This document shows, piece after piece, positions 38,933-48,750 of a stretch of 64,000 bases of DNA. The notes under the pieces were generated by a model. The model ran no database searches. It worked only from the letters and a program-made list of their open reading frames with translations, and was not told the origin of the DNA. This stretch comes from a virus (taxonomy: Duplodnaviria; Caudoviricetes), in the IMG/VR virus record IMGVR_UViG_3300029305_003884, positions 1-64,000 of that record, one strand, 5' to 3'. Every line of letters begins with the position of its first letter. Position 1 is the first letter of the stretch. The position numbers and the translations under genes are program-made.

Positions 38933-39532
38933 TCATGCTTCTTCCTTAGACAAATCGTCAGTTTCGTCATTATCGGAAAGCGTTTCAATGGAAACGGAAT
39001 ACATGACAAAGCCAGATGCTTTCTTTTTCTTCTTCTTTTCAGAACCGTCGATACCGAGGAGGGCATCGGTCTGTTCCATGATGGCGGTGTCAACTGGGGA
39101 GGGTTCGTCATCTTCGCCTTCTTCCTCTTCAGCAGGTTCAGTTTCCTTGACTTTGAGGTAGGAAGACCAGAACTTCGTATCATCCTCGCACGGGTCCTTT
39201 TCGAAGTTGAAAGTGTATTCGGCGATATCACCCAATTCCTTGTCGACTTTCTTCTTTACAGCGAGAGAGACAAGGTAAGCATCGTAAGTGAATGCGCCGA
39301 AGACGAGTTTCACACGGAGAGGGTCATCGAGGTCATACTTAGTGTTTCCGTAACCCTTGCTTGATGTGAACCGCTTTGCATTCGCAAATGCGGAATCAAG
39401 TTCATCAGTGCCATAGAAAAGATGCTTGTCAGCACCAGATTCGATAGCCTTGACAGAAAGCTTGACATAAGGCACATTGTCCTTTGTCGCAGGACTGTAT
39501 GCACTAAGATAACCGCTAAATTCCTTCTTCAT
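38933..39532 (-). CDS. Hypothetical protein with acidic C-terminus
   Basis: SD AAGGAGG. Confidence 0.65.
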   Translation of the reverse strand: MKKEFSGYLSAYSPATKDNVPYVKLSVKAIESGADKHLFYGTDELDSAFANAKRFTSSKGYGNTKYDLDDPLRVKLVFGAFTYDAYLVSLAVKKKVDKELGDIAEYTFNFEKDPCEDDTKFWSSYLKVKETEPAEEEEGEDDEPSPVDTAIMEQTDALLGIDGSEKKKKKKASGFVMYSVSIETLSDNDETDDLSKEEA

Positions 39533-39544
39533 GCGATATCCTCC

Positions 39545-40102
39545 TTAAACAGGCTGCTTGCGGGGACGACCACGCTTACGGGCAGGGGCAGCAACAGACT
39601 TCACTTCAGCCTTTTCAGCAGCAGCCTTGCGACCACGCTTCTTGGCAGGGATGGCCTTGACAACCTTAGCTTCAACAACAGGCTTCTGTGCGGACTTGAT
39701 GCCGAAATTGTCAATCGTGACATATTCCTTGCCCTTGTTCGCCACGATGACGTTCATGGCCTGTTCAGCAAGCTTGGTAGCAACGTCAAGGGTCTTGCCG
39801 TTGGTGACGAAGAACTTGGTGAGCGCACGGGCACCAGCAAGACGGAAGCCGAAGTCTTCGTCGAACTTGTCCATGTACTGCTGGAAGGAACGACCGACAT
39901 AAATCAAGCCGTCAACATCCTTGCTGTTCTTGTTGGAATGGTAGCGTTCGAGAGTCACCGTTGTAGTACCCGTAATCCAGGAAGTAGTGACACGGCGGTC
40001 ATACTTATCCTTCTTTCGGGAAACGTGGAGTTGCTGTGTGAGTTCACTGGAAAGTTCCAGACGAATCGGCGTCATGCCTGTAATGTTGAGTTTGATAATC
40101 AT
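39545..40102 (-). CDS. Phage protein with histone-like/AT-hook tail
   Basis: DKFD...GFRLA..RAL domain plus KKRGRK...RKRGRPRK. Confidence 0.65.
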   Translation of the reverse strand: MIIKLNITGMTPIRLELSSELTQQLHVSRKKDKYDRRVTTSWITGTTTVTLERYHSNKNSKDVDGLIYVGRSFQQYMDKFDEDFGFRLAGARALTKFFVTNGKTLDVATKLAEQAMNVIVANKGKEYVTIDNFGIKSAQKPVVEAKVVKAIPAKKRGRKAAAEKAEVKSVAAPARKRGRPRKQPV

Positions 40103-40147
40103 ATTTTTACCTTTTTGTTGAGTGAATTTTTTGGTCCACTGAAAATG

Positions 40148-40183
40148 AATATAGTATATTAAAACCCCTTTGGCAAGGGGTTT
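40148..40183 (-). promoter_or_regulatory. Sigma70-type promoter overlapped by terminator hairpin
   Basis: TTGCCA-17-TATATT; the -35 lies in the hairpin AAACCCCTT-GCCA-AAGGGGTTT. Confidence 0.7.
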
Positions 40184-40194
40184 CGATAAAAAAG

Positions 40195-41349
40195 TTATTT
40201 TTTCTTGATTTGTTTCGGTTTCTTTACATTGACTACGGGTTTTCCCGTTCCCTGGATGATTGTCTTTATCTTGCTCCAGGTCTCCTCATTTGTATGGGCT
40301 AGCTTGGTGAACCAGTCAGGCTTGTCATTCTGCAAGACGGCAGGCTTGATGAAGTTCTCGTATGCGTCAGCCACATGTTCAACCGACAGACGGTCATACA
40401 GGTAGTACAGGTTGTTTATTACCGTACTCTTGTGCGCTTCCATCGTCGGGTCGGACAGGAGATTTATCATCGTCTTGGTCACGTTCCTGCAAAGCTCGGT
40501 CTGATACACGTCAAGCATCTTGGCGACACGACTAGCTGCGGCGATTGCCTTGGTCTGGTTCGTCTCCAAGAGGAAGTTCTGCGGGTTGAACATACGCTTT
40601 GTGCAGAGCCATGAGAAGAACGCCAATCCTTCGACAGGTCCCAGATGGTCAGACGCATCACTCTGTATCAAGGTTGGGTTGACCTTGTAGTCGCCCAATT
40701 TAATTCCGTTAGTGTACATCTTCGAGAAGTTTTCCCATGCTCTCGGGTTGACCGTGTTCTCGTCCTCGTAGACTTCCACGTCGTCCATCTTGTACAGGTG
40801 TTCGTCGCTAGCCTGGTCGATGTAGTTGATAATATCGGGGTGGATTCCGTGCGTAGTAGCCCAAGCCAACCATTCGGTCTTATTGACCTCGATATGGATT
40901 CTGGCCATACGGGAGAACAAAGCACGGTTCAACTCGTCCACGTCGTTACTAGCGATAGAGGACGGGTTCATAGCACATATCACTCTCGAACCAGGTGCGA
41001 GCTTATGACCGTTGAACTCCTGTTCCTTGGTACACAGCTGCATGATGGCATTGATGCAATCCTTCTTGGCACGGTTGATTTCGTCTAGGAACAGCAACAC
41101 GGGCTCATTGTAGGAAAGCCATTCAGGAATGGTATGTGAATGAATTCCGTTAATTACCTGCAAAAGGCCAGTAAGGTCACCCGTCTCGCCTGCTTCCGAA
41201 CAGCGGAGCTTAACCAGTTTAAGTTTAAGCGTTCCCGCAAGGTCACAGATGAACTCGGTCTTTCCTATACCTGGCTGACCAATGAGAACGCACGCCGTTT
41301 CGGGCGCCAGTCTCATTATCTTCGCCTTTGCCATTGAAAAGGTAGCCAT
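40195..41349 (-). CDS. MoxR-like AAA+ ATPase
   Basis: GQPGIGKT, LFLDEINR, CAMNP, ALFSR, NPRAWE. Confidence 0.9.
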   Translation of the reverse strand: MATFSMAKAKIMRLAPETACVLIGQPGIGKTEFICDLAGTLKLKLVKLRCSEAGETGDLTGLLQVINGIHSHTIPEWLSYNEPVLLFLDEINRAKKDCINAIMQLCTKEQEFNGHKLAPGSRVICAMNPSSIASNDVDELNRALFSRMARIHIEVNKTEWLAWATTHGIHPDIINYIDQASDEHLYKMDDVEVYEDENTVNPRAWENFSKMYTNGIKLGDYKVNPTLIQSDASDHLGPVEGLAFFSWLCTKRMFNPQNFLLETNQTKAIAAASRVAKMLDVYQTELCRNVTKTMINLLSDPTMEAHKSTVINNLYYLYDRLSVEHVADAYENFIKPAVLQNDKPDWFTKLAHTNEETWSKIKTIIQGTGKPVVNVKKPKQIKKK

Positions 41350-41352
41350 AAT

Positions 41353-42639
41353 CTATTGCAACATAAAGAGGGTTTGGGACGTGATTTCCTTACCGTTGGT
41401 CACAAAGATGTAACTGGAAGCAGGGAACGTCTCATGTAGTTTTTCAATACTGTATTCGTTAGGACCGACGATTGACGGGTTGAGGAACACAGGGATGCAC
41501 TTTCCGCTGAGGAACCATTCGCCACCACGATGCCAGTGACCCATGATGGCTACGTCGAAATCAATGCCCATCTTCATGAACATGCCGTAGTCCTTGAAGT
41601 TGTCTCTGGTGACCGTGCTAATCGGGGAGCAGAACGCACCGCCGCCACGATATGCGTCACCGTGTTCAATCTTCCACTTCTGTTCACCAATTACGGCAAT
41701 GTCAGACGGGGCTTCGGAAACATGGACGGAAACGGTCATATCGTCGGCAAACGCTTCCTCGATGAACTTGTACAGGATGTACTCGTAGTTATCGTAAGCC
41801 TTGTTCTTGGCCTGCCATTTCTGGTTTGTACGGGAATGGTTACCAACGACGCAGTAAACATTCATCTTCTTGAACTGGTTTCTCAGGCTCTTGAAGGCGC
41901 CTACAATGAACTTGAAGTAGTCTACAAGGAGCTTGGTAAGCGGACCAGCGTTAGTCTCTTTGAGTTCGTCATGGATGTTACCAGAGAAGAGGTCGCCAAG
42001 CATGAGAATGTCAAGGGTTCCGCACTTGTTGTCACGGGCCATTTCAAGAGCCTTTTCAAAGAGCTTGAGATGACGGGCCTTGGAAATGTCTGGGTTGTAC
42101 TCGTTAATTCCATGGGTGCTGGCACTTGGAACGACTTCGCCATAGTGGGCATCCGAAATGGGAAGGACAAGATGGTTGTCGCCATCGTTAGCCTTCTTGA
42201 CATTGATGTAGAACTTGTCGTATTCAACTTCGGTAAGTTCAGTCTTCAATGCATCTGCCAACTCTGCTGCAACGTATGAACGGACCCTGAGCTTGTTGTT
42301 TTCGGCACGGAGGCTGTTCAGCTGCTTCTTTAAGTAGGTGTTTTCGCTTTCCTTGCGGTCTTCTACTGGGTCTTCCTTGTCCTGCGGGTACTGCGGGACT
42401 GCGGTTTCATCAGCGTTTGCGAGAGCAGCGGTGTATGAGTTGTATCTTTCGGAAAGTCTGTCAAAGCGCTTGCGTAGGGTATCCTTGGAGATTCCAAGAC
42501 CAGCTTTGTCAATTTCTTTCTGTGCGTTATCAAGTAGTTTCTGACGGTTCCAGCCATACTTCTCTGCTATATTGAAGAGTTGCTTCTGTTCAGCAGTGAG
42601 GCCGACTATGAACCCGCTTTCGGGGGTACTTGTCTTCAT
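41353..42639 (-). CDS. Calcineurin-like metallophosphoesterase with N-terminal coiled region
   Basis: SDAHYGE, GDLFSG, GNHSR, HGD, GHWH. Confidence 0.88.
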   Translation of the reverse strand: MKTSTPESGFIVGLTAEQKQLFNIAEKYGWNRQKLLDNAQKEIDKAGLGISKDTLRKRFDRLSERYNSYTAALANADETAVPQYPQDKEDPVEDRKESENTYLKKQLNSLRAENNKLRVRSYVAAELADALKTELTEVEYDKFYINVKKANDGDNHLVLPISDAHYGEVVPSASTHGINEYNPDISKARHLKLFEKALEMARDNKCGTLDILMLGDLFSGNIHDELKETNAGPLTKLLVDYFKFIVGAFKSLRNQFKKMNVYCVVGNHSRTNQKWQAKNKAYDNYEYILYKFIEEAFADDMTVSVHVSEAPSDIAVIGEQKWKIEHGDAYRGGGAFCSPISTVTRDNFKDYGMFMKMGIDFDVAIMGHWHRGGEWFLSGKCIPVFLNPSIVGPNEYSIEKLHETFPASSYIFVTNGKEITSQTLFMLQ

Positions 42640-42719
42640 ATTTAAAATCCCAACATAGAGGGTTTAACTTCTATGTGGAAATATATGTTTTTCGAAAGCT
42701 ATTCTGACAAAAGATTTCA

Positions 42720-45700
42720 TTAAATTGTAATCGGGTCATTAAACATGCCCAAAGTAGGCTCGCCAAGGGTTCCGCCAGTCCTTGCACTGTTGCTAGGAAT
42801 ATCGGCACCTGGGTATGCGCTACGGGCTGGCCTGATATGAAGCTTGATGTTCCAGAAGTTCACCTCTGGGACTGAACCTTCCTTCGGGTCTCCGTTAGCA
42901 TCCATCGGGGTTGAAACGCTTTCGTACAAGTTCCTGAACTTGACTGAATTATTCACCTTTCCGTCGTCATCATACGGGAAGCTCTCTAACAAGAACGGCA
43001 CGCAACCTGGGTTCATCTCCATAGGAGGAACATCCACATAGCGTTTATTCATGGCATCCGTATAGTCGCTGCCGACACCACAAGGCATCTGCCATAGAGG
43101 TTGTTCAGGGCATGCGGCAATGTATTTGCTGACACTGAACTTCTTGTTTTCTACGCCTTCACTCATAGGAACACGGTTGGCGTACTTCTTCGGGTTTCCG
43201 TATGCGTAAGACTTTTCCGTGTAGTCAAGCGTCTTCGCACCGTATAGAGGTGTCAGGTAGCAGCTAGGATATTGTCTGTAATCCTTCACTACCCATCTTC
43301 CCAACGATGACGAGAACATAGCCTTGACATGCACCCTAGTGTACATTCCCTTGAATACATTGCTGATGTATTGTGGTGACACATTTTCCAATGGTGTTGT
43401 CAACGACAGTGGTGCGTCCGGTGGGTCAGTACCCTCTGAAGAAATCAAGTTGTACGTCATGTTGATATCTTCGCTATACTCGCCATCCGCATCATTATAT
43501 GCAAGGTCACAATATCTGTGCTGCATCTCCATGTTATCGGCAATCCTATTGTACAACGTGATTTCATGAGCATTAAGCAATGCTCCATACGGGTCGCTGG
43601 CATTAGGTGAATCGACATTGATTGCCCTGTGAGCATCATACATATGCAGCGGCATTCCATTGGAATACATTGTAAGTAAAGACTTCATGTAGTCAATTAC
43701 CTTTCTCATGGTCTCATTTTCATCGTCTTCCTCTGGATTCGGTATATTGGCTGATATTAGTTCAGCTGATGATAATGTACGTGTAGTTTCGTCATTATAT
43801 ACAGCAACCTTGTCGGGAATGGCAAGAAGGGCTCGCTTAACATCTTCGTCTGTACTTTGTGCAACAACACGCAATGTATTCCTACTAACAACAGGAAACG
43901 CTACTCCGTCAGTTGACATTACATGTGACATTGGGTAGAATGGCTCCATGTCACGGTTTGTAAATTCGCAGTCACGCTTCAAGAAATCGACTGTACCCTC
44001 TTCTGGGTCAAGCCAAGATATTGACCTAAGGCCTCTCTTGATAATAGGAAGGTCAAGGAACCCATTGACAAATGCACCATATTGATTTAGTGTTTTTTCG
44101 TCAGCATTCTTAATGAACAGTTTAAATACACTGTTTTCCGCTGTGTAGTTGAACGGGATATCCTCATCAGATGAGTAGTTGAAGTTGTCAACCGTCCGTT
44201 GGGTTGTGCCTGATGCATCTTTTATATAACGGTAGTTCACATTGCCATACGTTAGTGAAGCACCAGCACCACTGGGGTCGTAACCATTTGAATCTACGAA
44301 CTTGTCAATTGCCTTGTCGTAGAATATTCTGAAGTTGTCTTTATGGGTATACTCATTCCAACCAGCATAGGCTAGATTTCTATTCAATTCAGCATCAACA
44401 CCAAGGCAGTAGTTAGGCAAGTGAATTATCTTCGTTTCCCAGTCATTGAGACGCTGCAGGTTATCGGGTTCAGTAGGTGAAACTTCTGTTTCAGGTAATG
44501 GGCATATATAAGTTTCTGGGTTGTGAGGGTCTATGGTTCTATCCTCTTCAAATCCCCAGCTAGTATTCTTCTTGTTTTCATAATCCCTAGTAGAGACATA
44601 TCCAACACGTGCTACCTTAAAGTCGCCGATAAGGTCATGGAACGCCTTTGTTGCACGGCTGACCACATACATCTCGTCCTTGTGCTCATCATCTACGTCA
44701 GCATCAAGTGTTTGCGGGAGATACACCCTAAGGAGTGAACCGAGAACGGAGTTTCCTTCTGCCGTGTCGTTGTTAGATTCCCCATAACGCAATTCTGATA
44801 TCGGATGCGCTCCACGGAACATACTGTCGAAACCAGAATAAACCCGTTCATTCATCTCGAAAACAAGTCTTGTCAGCGGTTTATCTCCACCGTCAACATA
44901 ATCTACGTTTGCATTGGTTGTCAAACCCAAGTGACGAACACGGGTTCTTCCGTTAAGTCTCCAAGGGAACGTATTTGTTGATGTAGGATAAATGGTGGCA
45001 ATTATAGAATCATTGTCAATCAGTTCTGGTTCCAAAGACGGTTGGTTAGGGTCAGATGCAGTAAAAGCACCACTATCTTCGGTATGCTCAGTCAACCCAT
45101 CTTGGTCATTAACCGTCTTTATATCTACTATGCAGGTAGGACGCTTGGGCTCCTTGGTATATATTTTCCATCGTCTACTTGACGTGTCATAGGGAAATTT
45201 GCTATTTACAGATATGTCGCTTATAAACCCATGAACATCATTGCTAGGCGTAAACACAACAGGTGTTGAGAAAGTGACCAGCAATCCATCATCTGATTCT
45301 TTTGATGATACAACGAGTTTTTCTTCCTCATGCGTAACTTTACCGAAAAGAGGAGTATCAACATCATATTTCAATAGGATGTAGTCACCTTTATTTAGTG
45401 TAGGTCTTTCCCTTCCGTTGAACAACACACTTAAATGGTCATCATTTAAACGCCCATCAGTTAATGTAGCGACATCTACGGTTCCAGTAAATCGGAAAGT
45501 TTTAGGACATTCATAACGATTGAGTAACCCAAACGCAATAGTGCTTCCATCATCAACATCCATAGGATGCCGTGTTCTAAGGGTGAACGAATTGCCTGAA
45601 GTGGATATGCCACTGTCCATCACACCGTTGTTTGGTAGCACATTCTGTTTTCCAGACAAAATGTATACACGTGGCTGGGACACGTAGTCTGTAAAGCTTT

Positions 45701-46997
45701 TTAGTGCATTCGTGACAGACTGAGGCTCTTGGCTAACAGTGTTAGGCTGGCTTACAACAGGCAAAGCAACATTTAGTTCAACCTCTGTTCCGTCAGCTAG
45801 GTCTAATGCAGCAGGTAGATGAATAAACGTCTTTCTTGGAGGATTATTCACCATGTCTTCCAAGTCTTGCTGAATAACAAACGTATGACGCTCACCAGAA
45901 TTTTCAACATTGAGTCTTATATTATTGTTGATTCCCTGAAGCGTACCGCTCGGATAATCCATGTAGTCATTAGTACCAGAGGTTGACATGAGCCAGTCGT
46001 TCAGTTTGCCTATATTAGACCATACGTATTCTTCGTTTTCTTCTTCTGGTCTCGGTGTACCAGAACAATTACCTATACCACTGGTGTCAATCACGTGTCC
46101 AAAGCCATCTATGACAACAGTCTTTCCAGCAACAGAGTGAACGATTGCTCCACGGCTAAGGAACCATTTCACGAGCAATCCATGAGCATCAGCTGGATAT
46201 TCGGCCCCACGGAACTTTCCGCACTCTACGGCGGCCCCAAGCACATGCGTGATGTAATCGGCGACTTCCTGGTCGCTAAACCTGTTTCTGTAATGGTCAT
46301 GTACGTTGTCGTTCATGGTTTCGTCGAATTCGACTGGAAGCTCTTGGCTTTCGCAAGAGTCCTGCACGGATGTCTTGTACATCCATGTATAATGAAGAAT
46401 TCCATTATCGTCTTCATCCACAATGAGTTTGTACACGCCGTTGTTATCTTCGCTCCCAGTAAACTTGATGAAGAGAGGGTCTACGCCAGCGTCCCGAGTC
46501 AATTCAGGACGGAAGGTCACTGAACATGATATACCTTCTTCTGGAATGCCCGACTGGGGTTCCGTTTCGATATAGTTCTCTCCCGTAACCGTGTAATCTC
46601 CGTTAACCGCTTCGTACGTAAGGTCGTCGACAGAGATTGTCACGATGGAGTTTTCGAAAAACGTGGCGGAATCCGTCTGTATGGTGTATCCTTCACTACC
46701 AGCGACAAGCGTTGCCTTCACTATGAAAGTGTCATGGTCACTGTCCGTACGGGGAAACTTGAACGCATCCTTGTATTCAAGTATGGCTGAAATTGCAGAT
46801 TCATTCTCCGTCAAATCAGGTTTGACCAACATGTTCAAATTGAACGTGGTCGGGGGAACCCCACCAGGGACATATCCGCTTCGGTTCACGAACGGAAAGC
46901 CTAAAGGACTCAGCGTGAAATTTCCATGGGAATCGCCCCTCACAGGAACACGTTCATGAGTTACATAATCCTTTATTTTGATACTTCTGCTTTCCAT
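42720..46997 (-). CDS. Large structural (tail/baseplate) protein
   Basis: About 1425 aa; start MESRSIK about 23 nt after a late promoter. Confidence 0.7.
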   Translation of the reverse strand: MESRSIKIKDYVTHERVPVRGDSHGNFTLSPLGFPFVNRSGYVPGGVPPTTFNLNMLVKPDLTENESAISAILEYKDAFKFPRTDSDHDTFIVKATLVAGSEGYTIQTDSATFFENSIVTISVDDLTYEAVNGDYTVTGENYIETEPQSGIPEEGISCSVTFRPELTRDAGVDPLFIKFTGSEDNNGVYKLIVDEDDNGILHYTWMYKTSVQDSCESQELPVEFDETMNDNVHDHYRNRFSDQEVADYITHVLGAAVECGKFRGAEYPADAHGLLVKWFLSRGAIVHSVAGKTVVIDGFGHVIDTSGIGNCSGTPRPEEENEEYVWSNIGKLNDWLMSTSGTNDYMDYPSGTLQGINNNIRLNVENSGERHTFVIQQDLEDMVNNPPRKTFIHLPAALDLADGTEVELNVALPVVSQPNTVSQEPQSVTNALKSFTDYVSQPRVYILSGKQNVLPNNGVMDSGISTSGNSFTLRTRHPMDVDDGSTIAFGLLNRYECPKTFRFTGTVDVATLTDGRLNDDHLSVLFNGRERPTLNKGDYILLKYDVDTPLFGKVTHEEEKLVVSSKESDDGLLVTFSTPVVFTPSNDVHGFISDISVNSKFPYDTSSRRWKIYTKEPKRPTCIVDIKTVNDQDGLTEHTEDSGAFTASDPNQPSLEPELIDNDSIIATIYPTSTNTFPWRLNGRTRVRHLGLTTNANVDYVDGGDKPLTRLVFEMNERVYSGFDSMFRGAHPISELRYGESNNDTAEGNSVLGSLLRVYLPQTLDADVDDEHKDEMYVVSRATKAFHDLIGDFKVARVGYVSTRDYENKKNTSWGFEEDRTIDPHNPETYICPLPETEVSPTEPDNLQRLNDWETKIIHLPNYCLGVDAELNRNLAYAGWNEYTHKDNFRIFYDKAIDKFVDSNGYDPSGAGASLTYGNVNYRYIKDASGTTQRTVDNFNYSSDEDIPFNYTAENSVFKLFIKNADEKTLNQYGAFVNGFLDLPIIKRGLRSISWLDPEEGTVDFLKRDCEFTNRDMEPFYPMSHVMSTDGVAFPVVSRNTLRVVAQSTDEDVKRALLAIPDKVAVYNDETTRTLSSAELISANIPNPEEDDENETMRKVIDYMKSLLTMYSNGMPLHMYDAHRAINVDSPNASDPYGALLNAHEITLYNRIADNMEMQHRYCDLAYNDADGEYSEDINMTYNLISSEGTDPPDAPLSLTTPLENVSPQYISNVFKGMYTRVHVKAMFSSSLGRWVVKDYRQYPSCYLTPLYGAKTLDYTEKSYAYGNPKKYANRVPMSEGVENKKFSVSKYIAACPEQPLWQMPCGVGSDYTDAMNKRYVDVPPMEMNPGCVPFLLESFPYDDDGKVNNSVKFRNLYESVSTPMDANGDPKEGSVPEVNFWNIKLHIRPARSAYPGADIPSNSARTGGTLGEPTLGMFNDPITI

Positions 46998-47019
46998 CGG
47001 GTCTCCATTTTTGCAATTA

Positions 47020-47062
47020 TAGTTTATAATCTGGTACGAAAACCGCATCAAGGTATAAACTA
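47020..47062. promoter_or_regulatory. Back-to-back late promoters
   Basis: TAGTTTATA at 47020-47028 and TATAAACTA at 47054-47062. Confidence 0.8.
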
Positions 47063-47093
47063 TACACAGAGGCAATTCCATGAGGAAAGAACA

Positions 47094-47501
47094 ATGCAAT
47101 TTATCGATTTCATCAACACCTACGTCGAAGACGAAGATTTCAAGAAAACCGTAAACCGTCTGTACGAGGTGTGGAAGCAGAACGAACCTTCTCGTCTTGA
47201 ATCAGCTGTCACAATCCAACCGCAGCAGACGGTCTCGACGGCAAATACGCCCGAGCAGAACGCCGCAGCCCAGCAGCAACAGAAGAAAGTAGAGCCGAGA
47301 ACCATTCAGGGAGACCTGAACAACATGGATTCACAGAAGGCCATGTCTCTTGCCGCACGCTTCCAGGAAATCGAGAAGCAGAAGGAAGAGAACCAGAAGG
47401 CCGCAGAACAGGCCCAGGAAAAGATTGACAACGAACTTGACGAGCTCCAGAACAACTTCAACGCAGTTGTCAACGGAAAGACTGACAACATCGTAGGATA
47501 A
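47094..47501 (+). CDS. Leader-like, Q-rich coiled-coil late protein
   Basis: Start MQFIDF after the promoter; ...RLES then low-complexity sequence. Confidence 0.65.
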   Translation: MQFIDFINTYVEDEDFKKTVNRLYEVWKQNEPSRLESAVTIQPQQTVSTANTPEQNAAAQQQQKKVEPRTIQGDLNNMDSQKAMSLAARFQEIEKQKEENQKAAEQAQEKIDNELDELQNNFNAVVNGKTDNIVG

Positions 47502-47505
47502 TACA

Positions 47506-48093
47506 ATGCTAGCAACGTTCAGCCAACAACTCAGATATCTCAGGAGAAACGAACCGTCCCTGTACGAATCCATCTCGAAGGCATACCGCAAATGCCTAAT
47601 GGAATCCAATTTGGCTCCCCAGATGAGTCAGACAGACGACGAGGCTGCAGAAACTCCCGTCGAAAAGACTGAAATCAAGCAGAACAGCACTAAGGGCGTT
47701 GATGACCTCATGTCCAAGGTTCATGCCATGGTTGGCGTAAACGAGACTAAGAAGGAAGGCGATGAGATATTCGACCTGAAAAAGGACGATGTCGAAACTG
47801 TCAAACCTGACCCACAGCAGCAGGCAGACCTGTTCGGTGAAGTTCCTGATGAAACACCCAACGATGAATTTGTTCCAGAGGTTCCTATGGAACCTGCAAA
47901 CACCGAGATGCCATCGGAGAATCCTCCTGCCGAAACCGCCAGCGACAATCTGGTTTCAGAGGAACCTCCTGCCGAAGGCGTAACCAATGAGCCAGTAGAA
48001 GATAATACTACCGAGGACTCATCTGTTGACGACATTGATGAATTCGACCTTGACCACCTATTCGGTCCAGATGACGAATCGTCTTCTACCTAA
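47506..48093 (+). CDS. Leader-like acidic late protein
   Basis: ...YESISKAYRKCLMES then a D/E/P-rich tail. Confidence 0.65.
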   Translation: MLATFSQQLRYLRRNEPSLYESISKAYRKCLMESNLAPQMSQTDDEAAETPVEKTEIKQNSTKGVDDLMSKVHAMVGVNETKKEGDEIFDLKKDDVETVKPDPQQQADLFGEVPDETPNDEFVPEVPMEPANTEMPSENPPAETASDNLVSEEPPAEGVTNEPVEDNTTEDSSVDDIDEFDLDHLFGPDDESSST

Positions 48094-48097
48094 TTAA

Positions 48098-48121
48098 AAA
48101 GGCGGCTTCACAGCCGCCTTT
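48098..48121. terminator. Bidirectional intrinsic terminator
   Basis: AAAGGCGGCT-TCAC-AGCCGCCTTT. Confidence 0.8.
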
Positions 48122-48149
48122 AAGTTACCCCCAAATCTTTCACCGAACA

Positions 48150-48665
48150 TCATTCCTGTTCTGGTTCATTGTCCCATTCGTGCAGTCGATTGGTGAGACG
48201 TTCGATTTCACGGTTGTACTTGCAAGTCTTCCAGTATTCCCTGTCAGTCGGGTATTCCTTCCTAGTGATAGTCATGTTGTCGGTCAAGTCGCCAATCTTG
48301 ACGATTGTAGCAATCTTGTTCTCCATGATTTTGCTAAGATATTCCTCTCGACAAGAAGTCTTGTTGTGGGAAAGATGACTTACAGCATCCCATACGGTCT
48401 CAGGGAAGAACATGCTCAAATCGGTCTGGCAGAATCCCCCGTTATCAAGGATATCATGGAGATACCCAACGGTAATAACTTCGTCGCTATAACCGTTATC
48501 TTCAAGGAATTCTACAACTCTCTCGATGTGAGACATAAGTGTCCCACCAGCCTTGTCCTTCTGGTCCACATGTGCAAATTCGGCAAAATCGTGAGCGGTC
48601 TGCTTCTGGCTGCCCGTGCATTTATAACTGCGTAAAAACTTGTTTATTTCTGAACGTGTATACAT
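48150..48665 (-). CDS. HD-domain protein, RelA/SpoT hydrolase (small alarmone hydrolase)-like
   Basis: AH..Q.DKAG....H..RV, LHD, VKIGDL.DN. Confidence 0.8.
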   Translation of the reverse strand: MYTRSEINKFLRSYKCTGSQKQTAHDFAEFAHVDQKDKAGGTLMSHIERVVEFLEDNGYSDEVITVGYLHDILDNGGFCQTDLSMFFPETVWDAVSHLSHNKTSCREEYLSKIMENKIATIVKIGDLTDNMTITRKEYPTDREYWKTCKYNREIERLTNRLHEWDNEPEQE

Positions 48666-48750
48666 TCGTCTCCATCCACCTTAATAGGAAAAATAATGTA
48701 ACATGAAGCTCTCTATACCTGCTTCTCCACTAAATTATATTTTTTGAAAG

